A DNA stretch of 64,000 bases from Nitrosopumilaceae archaeon (GTDB lineage: Archaea; Thermoproteota; Nitrososphaeria; Nitrososphaerales; Nitrosopumilaceae). A program made the position numbers and the translations under genes. Below are positions 57,239 through 64,000 of this stretch, piece after piece. The stretch spans positions 608,001-672,000 of the forward strand of contig OZ242376.1 in the NCBI GenBank assembly GCA_965209085.1. The letters are read 5' to 3'. The first letter of the stretch is position 1. Each line of letters opens with the position of its first letter. The notes under the pieces were generated by a model. That model was not told the DNA's origin, ran no database searches, and saw only the letters and a list, made by a program, of their open reading frames with translations.

Positions 57239-58532
57239 AGGCCTTATGCATAATCAATCACTGAGACATACGGTTCCGACTATGACGCTGTCATGATCAA
57301 AGTACACATGGCCTAAAACCTTCAAGCAGACAACAAAATAAATCAAAATATCATATGCATGACAAAAAGCAGAATATTATGCGTGACTGTATGCACAAAG
57401 ATGTGCTACTTGATTTGAGCGCAAACTTTTTCCAACGGTTCGATATACTTGCGATCCTTTAACATGATGTGCAGATTGGTCAGTCCTGTAACCACTTGGA
57501 TTTCTGTATAAAACGCATCCATTGTATCATCATATACGGCACTCATTCTGCGGAACCATTTGAGCCGGTTTATGGCATGCTCTACTTTTATGCGCTTACG
57601 ACTGATTCTCTTGCTGTATTCACGTTCTGTCTCTGTCAATCCCTTACCCTTTGGTTTTTTGTACGGCTGCTTTGAGATAATGCCCCGATAGTCTTTTTCC
57701 ACGGACAGATATCCCTTGTCAGTATATAGCATAATTTGGCGCTCTTTTTTTGTATCAGAGTTTTTCATGCCATTGGTCCATTTGCCAAAATTTGGCGGAT
57801 TACGCCGCAGTACCTCCATGTCATGTACTGAGCCATCTTCAGGTCCGCCAATGTCAAGTACCAACCCGTCTTTGTTTGAGGTTATCTGTACGTTGTAGAC
57901 GTGCCTCTTACGCTTTCCAGAGTATACTACCTCTTGGTTTTCCTGCGGTCTTTGAACCTGTACAAACGTGGCATCAAGATATAGCTCGCCGCCGCCTCTG
58001 CCGGGTACGAATTTTTTAAACAACTCGCTTGTACGTATTGTCCGTATTGCAGCACCAATATTCTTAGCCGTTGGAAGAATATTCATCAACAATTCATCAG
58101 AAAAGGTCAGATATCTGCTGATGGTGCTCTGATCAACGCCTGCAATGGCCGCAAGCAATTCCTGTTTAGGATTGTTGCGTTTGCGGCACAGTGTGACAAA
58201 CAAAATTTGAGATGCAGTGAGAATACAGGTGTTTCCAGGATCGTCGACATCATCTGAAAAGCGGGGGACCTTGGGCGAATATTCGATAACTTTTTCAAAC
58301 CGTTCCTGAATCCATTCAAACTCTTCACGGTTCATTCCAGTCGTCCCGTACAAATAATTGTCATCGTCAATTATGTGGTTCAAATATTCGTAGGCAGATT
58401 GTTGCTTTTCGACCTCATTATCATGTATCGTTTTTTTGTAGTGTTGAATTTCTGCTTCAAGCTTGGAGATCATCTCTGTTTGCTGGGCGATTATACGCTT
58501 GTCTGGGGCACACATGCTGTACGAATGTGATA
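57239..58532 (-). mobile_element. IS5-family (ISL2/Harbinger-like) element, 5' end interrupted
   Basis: End AGGCCTTATGCATAATCA at 57239 preceded by AAT; no matching second TIR found upstream of the transposase. Confidence 0.75.
57406..58515 (-). CDS. IS5/ISL2-group transposase (DDE_Tnp_4-like)
   Basis: GVDQSTISRY HTH, LDATFVQVQRP, YSGKRKRH, GSVHD, TDKGY, RIKVEHAINRLK. Confidence 0.9.
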   Translation of the reverse strand: MCAPDKRIIAQQTEMISKLEAEIQHYKKTIHDNEVEKQQSAYEYLNHIIDDDNYLYGTTGMNREEFEWIQERFEKVIEYSPKVPRFSDDVDDPGNTCILTASQILFVTLCRKRNNPKQELLAAIAGVDQSTISRYLTFSDELLMNILPTAKNIGAAIRTIRTSELFKKFVPGRGGGELYLDATFVQVQRPQENQEVVYSGKRKRHVYNVQITSNKDGLVLDIGGPEDGSVHDMEVLRRNPPNFGKWTNGMKNSDTKKERQIMLYTDKGYLSVEKDYRGIISKQPYKKPKGKGLTETEREYSKRISRKRIKVEHAINRLKWFRRMSAVYDDTMDAFYTEIQVVTGLTNLHIMLKDRKYIEPLEKVCAQIK

Positions 58533-58542
58533 CTAACCATAT

Positions 58543-59662
58543 GTGCCCAAGAAATCAAGGAATTCAGATGGTTGCTTAAATGATAAATCCGTATCAGTCA
58601 ACAAACGCAAGCCCAAAAACAAAGCTCAAAATGCAAACAAAAACACTAGGGTGTTTAAGAGCAAGTCCATGTTTGTTGGAATTGACTCCCATAAAGAATT
58701 TCTCCAGATAGCAGCAATTGACGGCAAAGGCAAACTGATCTTAAACACGCGTGTTGAAAACAGACACGCGGACATTAGAAAGTTTTTCCAAATAAGCATA
58801 CCCGAGGGTTCAAAGATGGTAATGGAGTCATCATCTGTCTGGTACGGACTGTTCCGATACATGACCGACAGACTGGATCTTGATGTGATTCTCTCAAACC
58901 CATATCAGACAAAGGCCATTGCCGCATCCACTAAAAAAACAGACAAAGTTGATGCGCAAATTTTGGCAAATTTGCTGCGAGGAGGATATATCAACGAGTG
59001 CTATGTTCCAGGTAAAAAGATTGTAGAGCAAAGACAACTGGTCCGATACAGGCACAAACTTGTACAGGCGAGAACAAATATGAAAAATTCCATACATGGA
59101 ATACTGCTCCAAAAAGGAATTAAAATTCCAGGACGTACGTTTTCGTACAAATACATTGCAAGCCTTTAAGCCATAAACGACTATCGAATAGACGGTTTTC
59201 TTGCATCCATTGGCCTTTATGACAATCAGATACAAAAAGCCAATGTACTGATCTACAAGTGCACGTACAAGCCGGTATGCCGATATACTCAAAACTGTCC
59301 CAGGAATTGCAGATTTTACGGCATTAACGATTGCATCTGAGATTGATAATGTTGAGAGATTCTCTGATCCTGAAAAGCTAAAATCATACGTAGGACTTGC
59401 ACCATCGGTCCGCAATTCTGCCAATCTCGTACATCATGGACACATAACAAAAAGAGGAAGCAGAATGCTCAGGTGGGTTCTAGTTGAGGCAATACGCTCG
59501 CACGTACTACATGCACCAAAAAGTGACATTTCAATATTTTACAAGCGGCTTGCAAGAAAGAGAGGAAACTCCAAGGCTGCAGTTGCAGCAGCTGGAAAAA
59601 TGCTAAAGGTGATTTACTGGTTACTAAAGGAGAATCGGGATTTTGAACAAAATTACAGTTAG
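58543..59662 (+). pseudogene. IS110 transposase/recombinase with a nonsense codon and a frameshift
   Basis: FVGIDSHK, VMESS, KTDKVDA; TAA at 59167; frameshift near 59270; then VPGIA..SEID..RF..YVGLAPSVRNS..GHITKRGSRMLRWVLVEA. Confidence 0.9.
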
Positions 59663-59867
59663 TTGCACGGCCGCGGCGCAGTATATGGAGATAGTGCTCC
59701 GAGATTCTAACTGCGGTAAGCTCTAACAAGTGGATGAAGATGGTTGTGGGGATAATGCCCCGAATGGATATATGTCTCTCATTCTTTAATTGGAAAAATA
59801 GCCCCTAGTGGATACTGTACAAAAATATGGAAAAACGCAAGGAATACTTAAAAAAGAGGCACATGGA
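59663..59867 (+). ncRNA. Candidate IS110 bridge RNA/seekRNA
   Basis: About 200-nt non-coding end with two hairpin-capped internal loops; segments ATGGTT and ATGGATA match the element's own ends; homologous copy at 62226. Boundaries are uncertain. Confidence 0.55.
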
Positions 59868-60989
59868 TATACTGCGGATCAAAAGTAACTGCAATCTACA
59901 GCTTTTCTCATAACAAAATCCATTATTGATACTTTGAATCGTACAGTTCTAAAATATTCTGAAATTGTATATTTCATATTCTCAAATGTTTCATAATATT
60001 CAGTGACGGCCAACGCACGTTTGGCCTGATACCAACATTCTTCAACGGCACTCAGAAACGGTGAACTTGTAGGGAAAAACAAAAGCTTTACCTCATCTTT
60101 ATTCTCAGATATATATTTTTTAATAATTTTGGATTTTCTGTGTTGTGCAGTTCTATCCGTAATTATGCAAATTTTTCCAAATTTTTGATGAGCCATTTTT
60201 AAAAACTTGAGAAATGATTTTGCATCAAACAAATCATAGTTTGCAAACATCTGCCTGCTATCCGATAAGAGTACTCCAAAGACAACAATTTTTTTGTGAG
60301 AACCTGTGGATTTTACGTAACAATTTTTGCTTATTTCAATCCAGAGTTTCTTGCCGGATAATGAATCGTATTTTATTATACATTCATCCTGAACGCCTAC
60401 TGCAAATCCACGCTCTTCAAGTAGGCATATTTGACGCCTAGTGTTTTGCGACCAGTTGTAGCAGACTGATGCCGGCGCTGCATTGACATGAATTCTTTTT
60501 GGAGCCTTGCTGACAAATGAGAATTTGTGGAGTCTTTTTCTGATGTTTGATATGTGATATTTTACTCCGGTTTTGCGTTTAATGTTGTGCATTACCTGTT
60601 TTGGATCAACTGAACCGTTCTCTCGTCTTGTCATGTCAATAATTTTTTTAAATCGTATATTTGATAATAATAAAGGCCTGCCCGATTTGGGCAGGGTTTT
60701 AAGACCGTCTAATCCAAGCTCGTCATATCGTTGCATGCATTCTTTGCCCCAGTTGTAGCTTTTCATCAGTAATTCCGAAGCTTTAGCTATATGGGGATGT
60801 TTTGGTATTTGACCATGCTTACAAGATATATTTTTGATATCTCTTTTCTGTCTTTGACATGCCTGCTTGCATTATACAGTTCCTGATGTTCTTTGTTCAT
60901 GATTGATTCATACCCGAGGTGATCCAAATATCTTGCGGTTACATTGTGCCTAGAGTCATAAATTGCAGTTACTTTTGCGTGTCAGTATA
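59868..60989 (-). mobile_element. IS630-family element nested in the IS110 right end
   Basis: 28-bp TIRs TATACTG-N5-CAAAAGTAACTGCAAT at 59868 and (reverse) 60989, including TA duplications. Confidence 0.92.
59879..60900 (-). pseudogene. IS630 transposase with a 2-bp insertion near the 5' end
   Basis: ATG 60900 gives MNKEHQELY...IPI*; an extra TA near 60790 breaks the frame; the downstream ORF has SGRP, QDE, TDR, PFLSAVEECW. Confidence 0.8.
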
Positions 60990-61061
60990 CTTGGGGTTTT
61001 TATTCCAAAAAATACCGCATATGTTGAAAATCCCATTTGAAATGCAATGTTGTTCAAATCC

Positions 61062-61600
61062 CACATGGCAAGAATCTTTTTGTTCTCTACGTTTACAGCT
61101 AGCGCTATTCGGATAAACCTGATTCAAATTTTCCACTTTATGCGCCTTTGCTCCATGCTTTCGCCTGCATTTATTTCGCTGCAATCAAATGCAACCTCTA
61201 TATTCTCCGTCTCTTTTGTAATGGAGTTTGAAAACGTAAAGACACCATCGTGTTCTTTGTAACCTATATCAATTACAGATATCCTCCTCAATATCTGGAC
61301 AAACCCGATCCCAAAGGAATCGTTGGTCTATTTTGATAACAGACCGTCCATCTGTCTGTATCCGATGCCAAACACGGATCTGATAAACACCATTTGAAGT
61401 ATCAGTGATTCAGGACAGATGAATGGTTTGCCCGTTTTGTTTTTATTCATGCTGCAAAGCTCGGATTTCATTTGTGTGTAATCTGAGCTTACCCCGATTT
61501 TTCCCCTGGCTTACATATATTGCATCCGTGCAGTACGTCAACACAAGGGATGTGATCTGATCTTTTTGTGTTTCGGTCGGCATCAGTCATTTTAGGCAGG
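61062..61600 (-). pseudogene. Decayed, truncated IS5-family transposase (different group)
   Basis: Hand translation: ELCSMNKNKTGKPFICPESLI..GIGYRQMDG..VAFDCS..KW..FIRIALAVNVENKKILA with several stops. Confidence 0.7.
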
Positions 61601-61661
61601 GTTATGAAACAAAGTCATGCGATCTACAACTATAAATACATAAATTCTAATTCATCTGTTA

Positions 61662-62225
61662 TTGTCCATCAATATCAAATATCCAAAAATCATCGAATTG
61701 AGCAACGGTAAAAAAATACTGCTAACTGATGATGATTGGGAAAAACGTACATTAGTAATAGAAACAGACAAACTTGAATCTGAAGTTCGAACGATACTGA
61801 AAAAAGAAGGCTATGATGATACAAATTTGTTAGAATTTAAAAAATTGGAGCAGTTGGGTAATGGACTTATCAAACAAATCGATGAATGTCAAATACACAT
61901 TAGACTCTATTCACATAAGAATCACATACAGTTGGATGCAGAAGCCGAACTATCTAATAAGTATGTGGAACATTTATCATACGGATGGATTTCAGCATTT
62001 CAAGAAAGCTGGAATATTATAAATAAAAATTTTGGTAATGTTTGGATATATCATAAAGGTAACAAAAGATATGTTAAAAAAGTAATTTCAGAAACTATTC
62101 TGACATTAAATGATTCACAATCAAAAACAGATTATAAATTATTGATGGCATCTGGAATATTTGGAGCTATTATTGGGGCAGGTTTATTTTGGGCTCTTAA
62201 TCGTTATGCAAAAAAAGATACATGA
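61662..62225 (+). CDS. Hypothetical protein with C-terminal TM helix
   Basis: 187-aa ORF, TTG start about 25 nt after TATAAATA; ends LLMASGIFGAIIGAGLFWALNRYAKK. Confidence 0.65.
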   Translation: MSINIKYPKIIELSNGKKILLTDDDWEKRTLVIETDKLESEVRTILKKEGYDDTNLLEFKKLEQLGNGLIKQIDECQIHIRLYSHKNHIQLDAEAELSNKYVEHLSYGWISAFQESWNIINKNFGNVWIYHKGNKRYVKKVISETILTLNDSQSKTDYKLLMASGIFGAIIGAGLFWALNRYAKKDT

Positions 62226-62396
62226 CTCCGTTGCATAACTGCGGTAAGCTTTAACATGTGGATGAAGATGGTTGTGGGATTAAATCCCGAATGGATAGAT
62301 GTCTTTTTACTTTTTGACTGGAAACAGACACATAGCGAAAGCCATACCGCATGACACAAAAAAGCAAGAAACCTTTAAAAAGTATTCACATGGGTG
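62226..62396 (+). mobile_element. Orphan diverged copy of the IS110 non-coding right end
   Basis: AACTGCGGTAAGCT.TAACA.GTGGATGAAGATGGTTGTGGG...CCCGAATGGATA.ATGTC shared with 59709-59776; ends CACATGGG. Confidence 0.85.
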
Positions 62397-62403
62397 AACT
62401 CTA

Positions 62404-62737
62404 ATAAACTGACTCAAATGGTTCCGTAAAATGAGTGCCATATATGATGACATAATGGATGTGTTTTATACAGAAATTTAAGTGGTTACAGGATTGATCA
62501 ATCTGCACATCATGTAAAGGATCGCAAGTATGCCGAACCGTTGGAAAAAGTTTGTCCTCAAATCAAGTAGCACATCTTTGTGTATACAGTCACGCATAAT
62601 ATTCTGCTTTTTGTCATGCATGTGACATTTTAATTTATTTTGTTGTCTGTTTGAGATCATTATTCACTATGTGTTTTGATCATGGCAATGCCATAGTCAG
62701 AATCGTATGTCAATGTAATTGATTATGCATAAACTTT
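62404..62737 (+). mobile_element. Decayed 3' fragment of the ISL2-type element (inverted copy of ~57239-57572)
   Basis: CTCAAATGGTTCCG..GAACCGTTGGAAAAAGTTTG..CAAATCAAGTAGCACATCTTTG..GATTATGCATAA. Confidence 0.88.
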
Positions 62738-62831
62738 ATTTATTTCTGATTCAAATTCATTGCTGCATACATTGTATCTTTTATGGCTTATTTATTTTTA
62801 GCATTTTTCGTTCATTCCACTTAATAAAAAA

Positions 62832-63800
62832 TTAGTCAATTTTTAATATTTTTTGATTTGTATTTGTATATGGGAATTTAAAATCTATTTCACGTGGGAA
62901 CACAAGTTTAGATTTATAATTTTTATTATTTTCTAAAAAATTCTCAATTTTAGATTTGTTTTGGTAAATTATTGATTGAAGAATTCCAAAGTATGGTGTA
63001 AGATGTTTTTTATCACCTCGCCCACAATCTTTTTCATTTTTTAATATTAATTCAACATCTTCAGGAGTCATATTAATATTTTTTAATAATTGATCAATAT
63101 TTTGAATAAGCATGATTCTAATTTTTTTATTTGGTAATAGACTATCATCCCAATATTTTAAAATTTTTTCAATTTTTTTATATCTTATCAAGGTATTGTT
63201 AGTTTTTTTTACAAGTATAGATTTTTTATTATTATCTATTTGATTAATTGACAATTCGATATTCTCCAACATAGCTTTTATTTGATATGCTATACGCATT
63301 TCCCCCCAATCATTTTTTTTAGATTTGTAAATACGATCATGTGTCGCTAAAATCCACGCATGTTGTAAAAATGTTTTTATCTGTATCTCGAACAGTATGT
63401 CATGCATAGGACTATATGGTAATTTCGGATCATTTTTTAATTTACCATATAATCTAAGATCATCAAACTCAAATGAATCAGGTTCTTTATGTGTAAAATC
63501 TACACTCTTAGGTTTGACACGACATTCATTAAAGAAATTGGAGATTGATCTTCTTGCAGTATTAATTTCATCATTATTTTTAACAACAATTGTGCATGCA
63601 AAAAAATCTTCTAATTGGTCCACAAGGAATCTCCCAGTTTCTATCTTTAATGCGTATGATTCAATAGTTTTTAATCTGCTAAAATAATGCCAGTGTGGTT
63701 TTTTTCGTTCTTTGATTAGAGTATCAACTCTTTTTTTAACAAGTTTATTTATTTTTAGTTGTGGATCATAATGCACTTTAATAGAATTAAGTATTATCAT
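62832..63800 (-). CDS. RelA/SpoT-domain nucleotidyltransferase (small alarmone synthetase-like)
   Basis: SRLKTIES..KI, LEDFFACTIV, FEIQIKTFLQHAW..THDRIYK. Confidence 0.8.
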   Translation of the reverse strand: MIILNSIKVHYDPQLKINKLVKKRVDTLIKERKKPHWHYFSRLKTIESYALKIETGRFLVDQLEDFFACTIVVKNNDEINTARRSISNFFNECRVKPKSVDFTHKEPDSFEFDDLRLYGKLKNDPKLPYSPMHDILFEIQIKTFLQHAWILATHDRIYKSKKNDWGEMRIAYQIKAMLENIELSINQIDNNKKSILVKKTNNTLIRYKKIEKILKYWDDSLLPNKKIRIMLIQNIDQLLKNINMTPEDVELILKNEKDCGRGDKKHLTPYFGILQSIIYQNKSKIENFLENNKNYKSKLVFPREIDFKFPYTNTNQKILKID

Positions 63801-64000
63801 TTTTTAAATAATCCTTTAATGCATTATAACGGCCAATTCTTAAACCATGATCTGTAGTGGCGCCTATAGAATGTTTGAAATATAACCAAATAGGATCCAT
63901 TTGATCCACATTTTGACTCACATCATCTTTGTTGGATTTATAGTAGTTAACTTTAGAAATAAAGTGCAAATATTTCCTAACAAATTCATTTGGATTTGGC
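63787..64000 (-). CDS. 3' end of an unknown gene overlapping the RelA/SpoT-like gene (5'-partial)
   Basis: Frame open to the window edge (PNPNEFVRKYLHF...ATTDHGLRIGRYNALKDYL); 14-bp overlap. Confidence 0.65.
   Translation of the reverse strand, partial: PNPNEFVRKYLHFISKVNYYKSNKDDVSQNVDQMDPIWLYFKHSIGATTDHGLRIGRYNALKDYLKNDNT

Larger units (their letters stand above)
58533..59869 (+). mobile_element. IS110-family element (long 3' non-coding end, IS1111-like), right end hit by IS630
   Basis: DEDD transposase; sub-terminal inverted ATGTGCC/GGCACAT; GATACT at the left junction and at the reconstituted right junction (59866-69 + 60990-91). Confidence 0.75.

Noticed and set aside
60919-61262. Small track ORFs at 60919-61262
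   Set aside because: They span an IS630 end and a decayed IS5 transposase and are not independent genes.
57239-62737. Inverted ISL2 ends as one large active composite element or invertible segment
   Set aside because: The second copy is decayed, truncated and has a mutated TIR, so it is better explained as an older separate insertion.

Overview
Archaeal DNA, most consistent with a Nitrososphaerota (Thaumarchaeota, Nitrosopumilaceae/Cenarchaeum-like) genome, judged from a PEFG-CTERM protein, LysW-type Lys/Arg genes and a dph5-DUF357 fusion. (1) 1-37614: the 3' part of one giant surface-protein ORF, open from base 1 (>12,500 aa). It has about 110 Ig-like repeats, four 7-bladed LVIVD beta-propellers whose loops vary between copies, very dense N-glycosylation sequons and a PEFG-CTERM anchor, and is built from nested near-identical DNA repeats (1098, 6063 and 14910 bp periods). 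(2) 37975-53032: dph5 and the LysW-dependent lysine/arginine genes, split into two oppositely oriented blocks. Between them lie a BglII-like restriction-modification pair with a degenerate nuclease, a small Cys-rich protein and an ssu/nitrate-type ABC transporter; msrA follows. Two lysW genes are missing from the ORF track, and one ends in EDWGQ instead of the canonical EDWGE. (3) 53431-64000: an accessory region with an epimerase pseudogene, two 78-bp MITEs, two IS630 elements, an ISL2-type IS5, a disrupted IS110 with a candidate bridge RNA whose guides match its own ends, further IS remnants, a HEPN-motif gene and a RelA/SpoT-domain gene. I recognised no rRNA, tRNA or CRISPR array. All family assignments come from motifs read by eye; no searches were run.
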